Below are positions 39,448 to 49,705 of a stretch of DNA of 62,186 bases, one piece after another. Origin of the DNA: a virus (taxonomy: Duplodnaviria; Caudoviricetes); IMG/VR virus record IMGVR_UViG_3300049509_000001, positions 1-62,186 of that record. The stretch is one strand, 5' to 3'. The notes under the pieces were generated by a model. The model saw only the letters and a list, made by a program, of their open reading frames with translations, was not told where the DNA came from and made no database searches. The stretch's first letter is position 1. Every line of letters begins with the position of its first letter. The position numbers were made by a program, and so were the translations under genes.

Positions 39448-40101
39448 ATGGGACAATTACACTCGCTCTTAACAGCGAACCATCGGCAATACGCAGCCAT
39501 CTACGCGGACGCAACCGCAAGACTCGCAGCAACTGGATTCGTCCGCGCGCTCGGGGGAGGGATAGTCGCGTTCACTGCGGATGATCTCTATAAGAACGTT
39601 CTCCAACTCAGTGATAATACTGAATGGGTGCTGATTGATGAATCACCGATCACCTGGGCTCAGGTCGGAGGCGCTGGCTTGGGTGGCCCACCATCAGGAT
39701 CGGCGGGCGGTGCGCTCAGTGGCGCTTACCCAAATCCATCTGTGAAGGTGAGTATCTGCATTGCGTGCAGCGATGAATCCACGGCACTAACCACAGGCAC
39801 GGCTAAGGTTACGTTCCGAATGCCTCACGCAATGACACTCACGGCAGTCCGTGCTTCACTGAGTACAGCCCAAACGTCAGGATCTATTTTCACGGTGGAT
39901 GTTAACGAAGGCGGCACAACTATTCTCTCTACAAAGATCACGATCGACAATACAGAGAAGACGAGCACAACGGCGGCAACCGGACCGGTGGTTTCCGATG
40001 ATTTGCTTGCTGACGATGCCGAAATCACCATTGATATTGATCAAGTAGGCGACGGAACGGCGAAGGGACTGAAGGTCTATTTAATCGGAACAAGATCATG
40101 A
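39448..40101 (+). CDS. tail fibre-associated protein
   Basis: GSAGGALSGAYPNP and TFRMP...IDIDQVG...GLKV modules common in phage fibres. Confidence 0.65.
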   Translation: MGQLHSLLTANHRQYAAIYADATARLAATGFVRALGGGIVAFTADDLYKNVLQLSDNTEWVLIDESPITWAQVGGAGLGGPPSGSAGGALSGAYPNPSVKVSICIACSDESTALTTGTAKVTFRMPHAMTLTAVRASLSTAQTSGSIFTVDVNEGGTTILSTKITIDNTEKTSTTAATGPVVSDDLLADDAEITIDIDQVGDGTAKGLKVYLIGTRS

Positions 40102-40820
40102 GTTTTTTAATTGATCCATATAGATTTGCGGTAGCGGGCGGCTCACCATCTTGGGCTTTTGAGTGGTACGCAGAAACCGAAGGTCTATCGAACGGCGCGA
40201 GCGTACCGCAACTCACTGACACTTCTGGAAACAGTGACCACGCTACGCAAGGCACGGGAAGCAAGCAGGGAACCTATACTACGGCAGGGCTTGGTGGAAA
40301 AGCGTATGTCAATTTTGATGGCAGTGACGACACTTACAGTTTTATAAGCGCTATTGCGGCCAGTGGCAGCTTCACGATTTATGTAGTCTGGTACGCGGTG
40401 GCTACCGGCCCCGGCGCTGAACACGATACCGCGCTTTTAGGTGGGGGGATTAACTACCAAATGAACAACCACCCTTTCTCGCCAAATATGAGCCCATTAC
40501 TCGCAACCACCGTAGCTGGCTACGCTAACTCAGGGCAATCTCTTCTACCTAGAGACGTGTGGCACCAAACCAACGTTTCGTTTGAAGATGGTCCGGATAA
40601 TTGGGCATTTCGGAATGACAAAACGGCGCAAGCCAGCGGATCTAACTCAATTGCCTCATGGTCTCCGGGCTTACAGTACGTTGGATCAATAAACGGAATT
40701 GCAAACAGGGCATGGCTTGGAAGAATGGCAGCAATTCTAATCGCTACCGAGTTACATGATCTCGCAACCAAGCAGAGTGTTGAGAACGACCTGAGCACAT
40801 TCTTTTCAGGTGCGGTGTAG
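40098..40820 (+). CDS. LamG/ConA-like lectin-fold receptor-binding protein
   Basis: DTSGN..HATQ, FDGSDD, FTIYVV, WLG.MA. Confidence 0.65.
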   Translation: MSFLIDPYRFAVAGGSPSWAFEWYAETEGLSNGASVPQLTDTSGNSDHATQGTGSKQGTYTTAGLGGKAYVNFDGSDDTYSFISAIAASGSFTIYVVWYAVATGPGAEHDTALLGGGINYQMNNHPFSPNMSPLLATTVAGYANSGQSLLPRDVWHQTNVSFEDGPDNWAFRNDKTAQASGSNSIASWSPGLQYVGSINGIANRAWLGRMAAILIATELHDLATKQSVENDLSTFFSGAV

Positions 40821-40853
40821 TAAAAGGTTAATGACCTGGGCGCGCACTACTAA

Positions 40854-40882
40854 TGGACGGTCAACGAACCTGTGTTACACTG
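40854..40882 (+). promoter_or_regulatory. internal late promoter
   Basis: TGGACG-16-TACACT with extended TG; AAGGAG SD downstream. Confidence 0.5.
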
Positions 40883-40915
40883 CCTTTTACTAGTTTGACC
40901 CCATAAGGAGCATCA

Positions 40916-41383
40916 ATGGCTTCATTTATGACCAACAAGGCGGTAAGTCAGGCACTAACTGACTTCATTGCCGCACACAGCTTCAAGATCATGCTGTGCA
41001 CATCGGCCTACACGCCCAACAACGATGATGACTTTGTGGACACAGGTGGCGCAGGCGATGCGGAATCAGCAGAAATCACAGCCACAAACTATACGCGTGG
41101 CTGGGGTGGGGCAGGCCGCAAATCTGTAACACTTACAGTTACAGAACAGGACGCAAGCAATCGCGCTGTCATTAAAATCACCAGTCCTACATGGACCGCA
41201 CTCGGTGGCGCAACCAACGACATTGCGGTGTCGGCTGTCTTGATTATCGAAGGCGGCGCTAACGACACTACTAGCATCATCGTGGCGGCTTTTGACTATA
41301 CAGCAACACCCATACAGACCAACGGCTCAGATGTCACTTTAACAATGGATGCGACGGACGGGAATATCCGATTTACAACCTAA
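40916..41383 (+). CDS. virion structural (fibre module) protein
   Basis: FKIML....YTP....F...E....NY.RG...TNGSDVTL pattern of a widespread phage structural family. Confidence 0.6.
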   Translation: MASFMTNKAVSQALTDFIAAHSFKIMLCTSAYTPNNDDDFVDTGGAGDAESAEITATNYTRGWGGAGRKSVTLTVTEQDASNRAVIKITSPTWTALGGATNDIAVSAVLIIEGGANDTTSIIVAAFDYTATPIQTNGSDVTLTMDATDGNIRFTT

Positions 41384-41411
41384 TTAATACAAAGAAAAGA
41401 GATCTTTAATC

Positions 41412-43634
41412 GTGGCAACTCGTTTTTATCTACCCTCAACAGGCGCGGCACCGGTCAATCCTGCATTTAATACCAGTTGGGACGAATCAGGCTCGGCGGA
41501 TCGTCTTAAATGCGTTGTTACGAAGATTAATTCGGCAATGACAGATAAGACTGTCGCCAAAGGGACGGGAGCAACGCGCGCCTTGGTCCGCCAATACGTG
41601 AGTGATCCGATAGCCGCGCAGACTATCGCGGCAGGTACCGTGAAGGGCCAAGTACGATGCCTAGAAAGCGCTGCGAACGACAACCTTGATCTGGTTCCGT
41701 TACTGATTCGGGTTTGCTCAAACGATGGCTCGACGTTCCGATCTCCGGCAATTATCGCGTTAGGTGATTATGCGGCGGCTTTAGAGTTCGCCACCACACT
41801 GACGAATCGCAAGATTGCCGATGGTGACACAACATCTTCTGTTGACGCGCAGGATGGCGATCGCATTGTCATTGAAATTGGAGAAAAGAATTCAGGAACA
41901 GGTTCCAGTGTCTCTGGTACTTTCAGCTTTGGCGATAATGACACCACTGATCTGGCAGAAGATACCACCACCACGACAACTAACAATCCGTGGATTGAGC
42001 TTTCGTCAAACATTGTCTTTGGAGTTGGGAAGTGGAGCGATCACCTAAACGCCCAACAAGCGCCGATCAAAAAGTTACACCGACTCTCACAGACAGTTAG
42101 CGGCAGTTCGTCTGGGAGTGTTGGGCAGAATGCCGCGAATGAAGGGAAGGGGCAGAAGTTCACGGCCAACAAAACCGGGAAACTACTTCGGGCTCGATTT
42201 ACTTGCGGAAAGTCTGGCTCCCCAACCGATGCTACAGTGTGCAAATTCTATAGTGATAGTAGTGGCCTACCTGGCACTCTCATAGCTACTTCACTTCCAG
42301 TCCCAGCGACGGCAGTTACGGGTGCTACTGTGCCATATGAGTTCGCTGTGCCACCATCAGTTGTTGATGGCACGGTCTATCATGCCATTATCTTTCGTAC
42401 CGGAGCTCTTGACGCTTCGAACTACTACGCAATAACAGGGGTAAGCACTAATCCCTACGCGGGGGGAAACATCGTGCGCCGCTCAAGTGGAAGTTGGGTT
42501 GAGCACAGCGGAGAGGATTGTGTCTTTCACTTCGAGATCGAACAATCCGATTGGTACAAGTTTGAGGTAGATCGCGGCGCGGGAAAATTGCGCGCCTACC
42601 AATCCACTGATGGTGGTTCGTCCTTCACTGAGCAGGATTCAAGCAATGCACCTGCGATCTACACAGGTGCTGGATTTCTCGGAGTCGCAGTGCAGCGGAA
42701 AGGCGGTTTCGCCTACGTCTGGATTGCTTCCGCAATCGACACGATAAAGAAGAATTTTCCATTCAGCATGGCGGACAACACATGGGGGACGGCCACAACT
42801 CTAACGCGCACCGGCGTTGATCCAAGCAAGAACTTCGGGCTTAATATCGCTGGGGCCTTCCCACTATTCCACAACTTCCGAGAATTTACCGATCAAGCGG
42901 CAGCCACACAAGACTTGGCTGTTTTCGGGAATACGGGAGAGAGTATCAGTTCGGTTGTTTATCGACGTATTGGCAGGCAAGTTAGCACTACTGCGGGTGC
43001 AGTGATCCTGACTGGGGCAGGCGCAACCGTCCATTACGACTTACGATCCCTCGCATCAGATTGGCGTGATTGGACCTATGTCTTCTACACGAAGAGTGAT
43101 TCGACGCAGATTCAAGTTGCTACATGTGAGCCATCTGGAGTTAATAACATAACTCCAACGATTGTCGGTGGGCTTAGTAACACTACGGTAGATCAGACCG
43201 CTAAATACCCTCTCGGCTTGGGATGTCATTTCTGGCGAGATGACGTAAATTACGTCTGTGTGCCTTATGTTGATGGGGGCACTTCAAAACTTCTCTATTG
43301 TGAAGTAGGGTCAGCCGCGAATACTGCCGGGAATTGGCAAACGTCAACCATAACCACGCAGTCTGCCGAAACCTTAACGTCTAATCCGGGATTTGTGGTT
43401 GCTGACAGCGAGCAGGGCGGGAAACTATTTTACTTCTTTGTCGATGATACCTCGGGTCTATTGTACTGGTGCCATGATAGTGGATCTTTTTCGTGGACTA
43501 CGCCAGAACTATTCGATGGCAGCACGGTAGTAACTGGCTGCGCGGGCACGCTCTCGGATCAGACGGTGGGGATGCTCCTGCGAGACGGATCAACAGGCAA
43601 CCTAGTATTCAAAACGTTCGATGTTTTTTTTTGA
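41412..43634 (+). CDS. large multi-domain fibre/adhesin protein
   Basis: 740 aa, Ser/Thr/Gly-rich beta protein; YSDSSGLPGT module, BNR-like STDGGSSF. Confidence 0.65.
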   Translation: MATRFYLPSTGAAPVNPAFNTSWDESGSADRLKCVVTKINSAMTDKTVAKGTGATRALVRQYVSDPIAAQTIAAGTVKGQVRCLESAANDNLDLVPLLIRVCSNDGSTFRSPAIIALGDYAAALEFATTLTNRKIADGDTTSSVDAQDGDRIVIEIGEKNSGTGSSVSGTFSFGDNDTTDLAEDTTTTTTNNPWIELSSNIVFGVGKWSDHLNAQQAPIKKLHRLSQTVSGSSSGSVGQNAANEGKGQKFTANKTGKLLRARFTCGKSGSPTDATVCKFYSDSSGLPGTLIATSLPVPATAVTGATVPYEFAVPPSVVDGTVYHAIIFRTGALDASNYYAITGVSTNPYAGGNIVRRSSGSWVEHSGEDCVFHFEIEQSDWYKFEVDRGAGKLRAYQSTDGGSSFTEQDSSNAPAIYTGAGFLGVAVQRKGGFAYVWIASAIDTIKKNFPFSMADNTWGTATTLTRTGVDPSKNFGLNIAGAFPLFHNFREFTDQAAATQDLAVFGNTGESISSVVYRRIGRQVSTTAGAVILTGAGATVHYDLRSLASDWRDWTYVFYTKSDSTQIQVATCEPSGVNNITPTIVGGLSNTTVDQTAKYPLGLGCHFWRDDVNYVCVPYVDGGTSKLLYCEVGSAANTAGNWQTSTITTQSAETLTSNPGFVVADSEQGGKLFYFFVDDTSGLLYWCHDSGSFSWTTPELFDGSTVVTGCAGTLSDQTVGMLLRDGSTGNLVFKTFDVFF

Positions 43635-43924
43635 AGATTGACTACGAGGCAGGAACTTACGAGGCGGTTAAGGATTTTGGGGTAGCCGGATCCGTTCCCT
43701 ACCGAATAATCATCGACGTTGACGAACTAGCAGGCACTACGTATCAGGCTGAAGTTTACACAAGGGAGACTGAGATTGATGGGTGGTGGGACATTGGGGG
43801 TAGCGGGGCTGAAGCAGCGAACTCAGATAGTACCTTTACGATTGAGCGCTATCGTTATGTGAAGGTAAGTGGAACATTCTCCGGCGGTACATTTGCCGTT
43901 GGGGTAATCGGCTATGCGGTTTAA
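43631..43924 (+). CDS. small beta protein (TTG start or -1 frameshift extension of upstream gene)
   Basis: Open -1 frame after the T9 run: KIDYEAG...RYVKV. Confidence 0.55.
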   Translation: MKIDYEAGTYEAVKDFGVAGSVPYRIIIDVDELAGTTYQAEVYTRETEIDGWWDIGGSGAEAANSDSTFTIERYRYVKVSGTFSGGTFAVGVIGYAV

Positions 43925-43929
43925 TAAAT

Positions 43930-45261
43930 GTGGGCGTTCCAGTACCTCAGGACGAAGCGGTAACGAATCCCGGCGGCACGGGTACAACAATCACGCCTAC
44001 AATTTCCACACACACCGAAGACGATCTTTTAATCATTCAAGTCGGCTGGAAGGGCAATCAGGCCCCTACTGTTTTAACAGGTTGGAATAACTGGTTTACG
44101 ACCACCACTGGCACGGCAACCACCGGCGTAGGTCAGGGAGTGTGGTGGCGTCGCGTCAACCCCTCAGAGACAGTTACCAGTCCGACTCTGACTTTGGGAG
44201 CCACAGCCGTAGAGCGCATCGCGATCTGTTATACAATTCGCGGGGCTGACATTGATAACCCGGCCAACACTTTTTATCAGCGTCAGCAAACTGTGGGTAA
44301 CTCAACCAGCCCCGCGCCCCCGTCGATAACCACGGCAGCCCCGAATTATCTGCTCCTACACTTGGTTAGTTGTCGCGGCAACACTAGCGTTACTGAGCCA
44401 TCGGGTTATACTGAGCAGCAGGATGCGGCGGTTAGTTCGACCATCGCGGTTGGGGGCTCAACTAAGACGCAGGCAAATGCTGCAACCGTCATAAGTCAGA
44501 CCGCGGCAATCTCATCTAATCGCTGGGTGGCCGCGATTATTGCCATCCCTTCACCTGACTATCCCTATTTCAGAGCACAAACAAGCACGACGGTCACTGC
44601 AACCTCAGTGACCGGCACCCTGCCAACGGGAACCACTGCGGCGGATCTCTACGGACGCAAAGACTTGATTGTAGCCACCGTAGAAGCCGCTGGTACTGTG
44701 CCAAGTCCGAACACCGGGGCTGACTGGACGGAAATTGCAACATGGAGCACTACGACTTCCGGAGGAGCAACTACTGTTCGCCAGTACTGGGCCTTGTACG
44801 ATGGCTCAATCGATCTTCAGTTCAACCGCTCCGGCAGTGGTGAAATCTCACTTAATCTAAGCACGTATCGCAATCCGCACCAAACTACCCCGATTGGTAA
44901 TGTAAACGTTCGGCAAAACGCATCATCAACCACTTCGACTTGGGATGCGCTGACTCGCGCAGCCTCAAAGTCCACGGTTATAGCAATGTGCATTGCCGAT
45001 GGTACCCCGACTTACTCACCGCCCGCTGGATGGACGGAGCGCGAAGACGGATTAGGCATGACTGGAGCCGATCAGATATTTGAAGATGTTGGGAGTGCGG
45101 CATCAGCATCGTTTACACTCTCAACGGCAAGTCCGACAGTGGCCGGCTTAGTGGAAGTGAGAAGTCATGCTGGAGTGGCCTCAAGTGTGGAGACGGAATT
45201 AATCGGCAGGCCTTACGGGTATGCGGGCGACATACAAATGCGGCAACTGTTAGCACAGTAA
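43930..45261 (+). CDS. fibre/adhesin protein with two related beta domains
   Basis: DLLII/DLIVA and PSGYTE/PAGWTE repeated modules. Confidence 0.65.
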   Translation: MGVPVPQDEAVTNPGGTGTTITPTISTHTEDDLLIIQVGWKGNQAPTVLTGWNNWFTTTTGTATTGVGQGVWWRRVNPSETVTSPTLTLGATAVERIAICYTIRGADIDNPANTFYQRQQTVGNSTSPAPPSITTAAPNYLLLHLVSCRGNTSVTEPSGYTEQQDAAVSSTIAVGGSTKTQANAATVISQTAAISSNRWVAAIIAIPSPDYPYFRAQTSTTVTATSVTGTLPTGTTAADLYGRKDLIVATVEAAGTVPSPNTGADWTEIATWSTTTSGGATTVRQYWALYDGSIDLQFNRSGSGEISLNLSTYRNPHQTTPIGNVNVRQNASSTTSTWDALTRAASKSTVIAMCIADGTPTYSPPAGWTEREDGLGMTGADQIFEDVGSAASASFTLSTASPTVAGLVEVRSHAGVASSVETELIGRPYGYAGDIQMRQLLAQ

Positions 45262-45272
45262 GGAGGCAATGA

Positions 45273-45773
45273 ATGGGCAAGCGAACGGTTTTAGGAGCAG
45301 AGGAATTCGACCTCGGCACCGGCAACGTGCTAGTGGCGTTTCAGACAGCGGCAGCGGGCAGCAACGGATCGAACATCTTCGTCACGCGCATAGAGATCTT
45401 TCAGAATGGCACTACGACGCTTGAGCAAGTGCGTGGTGAGTGCGCGACACGTGACACGGCTGGTACGCTGACTATGACCTCAACTACTCCGCGCGTCTAT
45501 CGACCGCTCGGCGCGGCGGCATCCGGACTGTCAGGCAACACCGCTCCGGCTGGCGGCACTGGTCGATCAGGTACTAATTCATCCGCTGATTCTGGCGGCA
45601 CCTATACCAGCATATTCCCGTTTAACTTCGCCAACTTGAACGGCTATTTATTCAAACCCGATCCGACCGAGGAAATATGGGTGCCGCCTTCAACGCTCTT
45701 TATCGTTCGCTTGACCGCTACGCCTACCAGCGCTCTCGATTGGGGTATCTCCATTTGGCTAGATGAGAACTAA
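45273..45773 (+). CDS. virion structural protein
   Basis: AGGAGG SD, beta-rich, within the fibre block. Confidence 0.6.
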   Translation: MGKRTVLGAEEFDLGTGNVLVAFQTAAAGSNGSNIFVTRIEIFQNGTTTLEQVRGECATRDTAGTLTMTSTTPRVYRPLGAAASGLSGNTAPAGGTGRSGTNSSADSGGTYTSIFPFNFANLNGYLFKPDPTEEIWVPPSTLFIVRLTATPTSALDWGISIWLDEN

Positions 45774-46991
45774 ATGGCTATCTGGCGACAACCTGCCCGA
45801 GCGCAGCAGCCGCTTAAAAACACTGCGACTCTAATCCCGCAGCCGCGTTCGTTTGTCGCTGCTGTAGCCACTCTCAGTGTCTCTGCCGTTTTACCAGCTC
45901 GAACGTTGGGCGCATTGGTGAGCACTGCCCCTATAGCATCGGTCGTCAGCAGTGCCAACCTTCCCGCGCTCACGATTGGATCGCTTAGTGCTACCGTTCC
46001 GACAATCAGCACTTCAATCACGGCAACCACGCCTGATGTAACGCTTGGCGCACGCACGTTTACCTCACCAGCGGCATTATCATCGGTATCGGTAGTTGGT
46101 CCATCTATCAGCTTAAACGCGCTCTCAATTGCTGCGCCCGTCGCTCTGATCAGCATCAGTCTTATAACACCGTCAATTACCATTGAAATTGCCGTGCCGA
46201 TGATAGTGGTCAGTGTTAGCGCTCTTATTCCACAGGTCACACTTGGATCGGTAAGTGAAAGTGTACCTATGGCGGCGGTGGCGAGTAGCACTGTCGCTCC
46301 GTCCGTCACCTTAGGCGCTACAGCGTTACCGGTTCCATCAGCCTTGGTGCCAGTCGGTGCTATTACGCCACCACTGATTCTAAGCGCCATAACCGTAAAT
46401 ACCCCCATCGCCTCGATTGCCGTTTCATCTACCAGTGCCACCGTTTCTCTTGGTCCACTTGAACTAGCCGCACCTGTTTCTTCAATTGCAATACAGGCGA
46501 TTAGTCCAAGTATTGCGATCGATGTCCTTGGTCTTGCGGCGCCAGTTGCGACTGTCAGCATTAGCGTTGCATTACCGATATTAAGCGCTGACGGGATATT
46601 TGGCGTTGAGGTAGCGTCGGTTATGGCGACCGTGACGCAACCGGTTGTCGCACCTGGCGCGCTGATTCTTAATGCGCCTTCGCTCACGGTGGGCACGCAG
46701 GCTGTAATTGCAAACGTGACACTTGCTGGACGGTCGCTTTTAACCCCCGTTTGCACCGTGGCGACATCAGTGGGAGTCCCTGACGTTACAGGCGGTGAAA
46801 GCGGCATTATCGGTGTTCCGGCTGTCACGGTGGCGGTTACAGTTAGCACACCTGTTTTGCGTTCAGGTTTCTCACACTCGAGGCGGACCTACGTGGTACA
46901 ATCGCTGAATTACACTATCGAAGTAGCCGAGCCTAATAAGAAATGTGTGGTAGCAGCACTTGATCACGAAGTCGAATACGAGGCAGTTTGA
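45774..46991 (+). CDS. low-complexity repeat fibre protein
   Basis: Roughly 19-21 aa repeats (AP...P.VTLG), rich in S/V/A/T/P. Confidence 0.65.
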   Translation: MAIWRQPARAQQPLKNTATLIPQPRSFVAAVATLSVSAVLPARTLGALVSTAPIASVVSSANLPALTIGSLSATVPTISTSITATTPDVTLGARTFTSPAALSSVSVVGPSISLNALSIAAPVALISISLITPSITIEIAVPMIVVSVSALIPQVTLGSVSESVPMAAVASSTVAPSVTLGATALPVPSALVPVGAITPPLILSAITVNTPIASIAVSSTSATVSLGPLELAAPVSSIAIQAISPSIAIDVLGLAAPVATVSISVALPILSADGIFGVEVASVMATVTQPVVAPGALILNAPSLTVGTQAVIANVTLAGRSLLTPVCTVATSVGVPDVTGGESGIIGVPAVTVAVTVSTPVLRSGFSHSRRTYVVQSLNYTIEVAEPNKKCVVAALDHEVEYEAV

Positions 46992-47275
46992 TGACCATCA
47001 GTGACTTAGACCCCAAAGACCCGAACGACGTCATTGACTATTCGATCAATTGGGCACGTTACCTGAATCGTATTGGTGATGAAATCTTATCCAGCTCATG
47101 GCCAGTCGTGCCTGACGGCATTACCTTGCAAACCCACACGCATAATGACACATTGACAACTGCGTGGCTTAGCGGCGGCACTGCTGGTTCGCGTTATAAG
47201 CTTACCAATCGCATTGTAACCGTAGGCGGGCGCACGCTCGACAAGTCAATTACCATTAAAGTCAGGGAATTGTAG
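46988..47275 (+). CDS. fibre-tail adaptor protein
   Basis: KDPNDVIDYSINW...WLSGG..G..Y..TNRI.T..GRT. Confidence 0.7.
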   Translation: MMTISDLDPKDPNDVIDYSINWARYLNRIGDEILSSSWPVVPDGITLQTHTHNDTLTTAWLSGGTAGSRYKLTNRIVTVGGRTLDKSITIKVREL

Positions 47276-47292
47276 AAATAGTTTGATTACCT

Positions 47293-47321
47293 TTGTCCCT
47301 GATGAAGCATGGTCCTAGTAT
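47293..47321 (+). promoter_or_regulatory. promoter
   Basis: TTGTCC-17-TAGTAT. Confidence 0.45.
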
Positions 47322-47347
47322 CCAATCTCTCGTAAGGGCTATAAATC

Positions 47348-49285
47348 ATGGCTATTAAAACTGACACTGCTACCTACCCTGAAAATCCCAAGTCCATTCA
47401 ACTACCCCCAGCAGGCGGGAAGTATATTGACGACCTCGCGGGCGCGGAAGTACTGCGGTTTACGGATGAGCGTGATGGTCAGGGCCACAGTTTCAGTACG
47501 ACATATTCAGTCTGGAACGCCTTCAACTGCGATGCGACGCGAGTGTGGCTGTTTGAACAGCAAGGGCCGTACTATGTTGGTAATCTCAACCCGACTACGT
47601 TAGAGCGAGTTGGTCCGTTGGAGGAAGTTGTTCCGGCACGGGGTTCGTTCGTTGACTACGAGACAATGGTCTGGTCGTCTCTTGATAGGGACAAAGCCTT
47701 CATCCTGGTTGACTGTCAAATCTGGAGCTACAAGCCATCAACCAAGCAGTACAGCGTAGTCGCAGATCTGCGCTCTCACTTTCCTGCTGGCGCAAGGTTC
47801 AACCAACTGTACGTAAGTCAGGATGATAACCGCTTTGCTGCTGTGGTGCGTTCCGGCTCTATCGGCTCAGGCGACTACGGAATCATGGTCTACGAATCGT
47901 CATCGAATTCAATCAAGCTTGACGTGAAAGTCAATCAAATCAACGGCATCACAATGGGCAAGGATGGGAAGTACGTGCTACTGGTCCGTGAAGATGCCGC
48001 CGGAGGACAGTTTTACCAACAAGTTTATAACGTTGACACTGGGACATTTGAGGCGCTAGTTGCCGATCTCTGCAATGACTGTAAATTCCGAGAGCTGGAC
48101 GCCATTCACGTCGCGCCCGAGACGCCCGATTACCATCGGTTCTCACGAAGCGGTGCACCTGACTACTGCATCGGGCACAACGATATCGGCATGGATTTCT
48201 GCGTAGGCGGCGATCAGTGGCGTGGTGCATTCACCGCGCGAAAGATGTCGGCCCCACACGATGTCACAATGGTATGGCAGTACGCCAAGACTGGCTGGAT
48301 CAATTGGCACGTATCAATGCGAGCCGATAGAGAGGGATGGGCGTTGGTCTCAACCTACGCCGGGGCTCGAATACGCAATGCACAGGGCGAGGTGGTAGAC
48401 GTAACCGAAGGACCGTTTATCCGCGAGATATTCCAAGTTGGAGTAAAACCTCCCTTCATTGGTCAATTCCGCCGACTGGTCCATACCCGAGCGAATTACG
48501 CCTCCCCGCACTACTGGTACACGCCGCGGGCAACGATTAGTCGCGACGGGCGACTGGTATGCTGGACGGGCAACAACAACGGTGAGCCGGGAACAAGTCG
48601 CACTGACATCTTCATCGCGCGGATTGAGCCTGCGCCGAGCGAGGGGACAGCGCCAAGTCCGCCAGTTCCGTCGCCTACACCTACACCAACGCCGACTACT
48701 CCACCCATCGCTACAATCACCTTTCCCACTGACGGCGCAATTCTCTCGGGGAAGGCGTCTGTAACCGCGACTATTACAAACGCAGAAGGGATCGGAGACG
48801 TGTTCCTGGTCGCGGATGAAACTGTGGTCGGAATGGACGTAACTGCGCCCTACGAGTTCCAGTTGGATACGACACAGATGCAGGATGGGCCGCATTGGCT
48901 CTGGATACGCGCGTGGCAGGCGGGGAAGGCGGTGGACTCCGCGCGGGTAAGAGTTACAGTGAAGAATGTCGCAGCGCCACCCGTGGAGCCACCGCCGCTG
49001 CCGCCTCCACCACCGACGATTCCCTGCTCAATCTCTGCGCCTGCGTCAGTGAATGTGCCGCGCAACGGGAGCGGAGTGATTGAGATTGAGTTACTGAATC
49101 TCACCGCCGCAACCGAAGTCAGGGTCATTGTTCCTGATGGACAAGTGACCGTATCGCCTACATCGTGGAATGCGAATCCAAACGACCGCAAAAAGCAATT
49201 CAATGTCCGGGTTAAAAAGCAGTCGCGAGAGATTAAGTTTTCGTCTGGATGTGGAGTGGCGGTGGTAAGGGTGAATGTGACCTAA
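47348..49285 (+). CDS. beta-propeller plus Ig-like domain protein with Pro-rich linkers
   Basis: AFNCD, ATISRDGRLV propeller-like motifs; PTPTPTP linker; Ig-like ITFPTDGA.LSG...APYEF.LDT...DG.H. Confidence 0.65.
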   Translation: MAIKTDTATYPENPKSIQLPPAGGKYIDDLAGAEVLRFTDERDGQGHSFSTTYSVWNAFNCDATRVWLFEQQGPYYVGNLNPTTLERVGPLEEVVPARGSFVDYETMVWSSLDRDKAFILVDCQIWSYKPSTKQYSVVADLRSHFPAGARFNQLYVSQDDNRFAAVVRSGSIGSGDYGIMVYESSSNSIKLDVKVNQINGITMGKDGKYVLLVREDAAGGQFYQQVYNVDTGTFEALVADLCNDCKFRELDAIHVAPETPDYHRFSRSGAPDYCIGHNDIGMDFCVGGDQWRGAFTARKMSAPHDVTMVWQYAKTGWINWHVSMRADREGWALVSTYAGARIRNAQGEVVDVTEGPFIREIFQVGVKPPFIGQFRRLVHTRANYASPHYWYTPRATISRDGRLVCWTGNNNGEPGTSRTDIFIARIEPAPSEGTAPSPPVPSPTPTPTPTTPPIATITFPTDGAILSGKASVTATITNAEGIGDVFLVADETVVGMDVTAPYEFQLDTTQMQDGPHWLWIRAWQAGKAVDSARVRVTVKNVAAPPVEPPPLPPPPPTIPCSISAPASVNVPRNGSGVIEIELLNLTAATEVRVIVPDGQVTVSPTSWNANPNDRKKQFNVRVKKQSREIKFSSGCGVAVVRVNVT

Positions 49286-49438
49286 GTAGCGCGAGTTTGT
49301 CCGCGACAATCCTCATGCTATCGGCTAGTAAGCTAAACGATTGCGCTGCCTTGCCTGCTTTCGCTGCGAACCTTTTGAGGCCGAACATCATCCGGCGTCT
49401 ATGCTGTCGTCTTTGATAAGCGTTCATTTCTCTCCCGA

Positions 49439-49705
49439 TCACAGTGACGGCTTAAACGTAGAGGTCTTTGGTTTCATGCTCGCTGAGATTGTCTGAGCAA
49501 CCCGTGGCGTCAGATAGACCAACAGCCCAAGTAGGACCAGCAAGGCAATCAAGTGTATAAAGTATTCTCGTATAGTAATCATCTTTGCCTTTCACTTCGC
49601 GCTCGTCTCCTTCGGCAATCTGCCGTAGTAGAGCCACCAAAACCATACCCAATCCCTTGCGACCATCGGCCACCAATCAGGCAGTTGGACAGTTGGACCT
49701 TCCAT
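49439..49705 (-). other. two small hydrophobic peptides (49439-49582, 47 aa; 49592-49705, 37 aa)
   Basis: MITIREYFIHLIALLVLLGLLVYL... and MEGPTVQLPDWWPMVARDWVWFWWLYYGR... Confidence 0.4.

Noticed and set aside
45770-46849. 359-aa antisense ORF within the repeat fibre gene
   Set aside because: Mirror of the low-complexity sense protein, with no independent start signals
47298-47340. CTGATGA suggesting a hammerhead ribozyme
   Set aside because: No matching GAAA core or flanking stems; a promoter spacer explains it better
36390-49285. Diversity-generating retroelement or invertible fibre cassette
   Set aside because: No reverse transcriptase or invertase, and no template/variable repeat pair seen by eye
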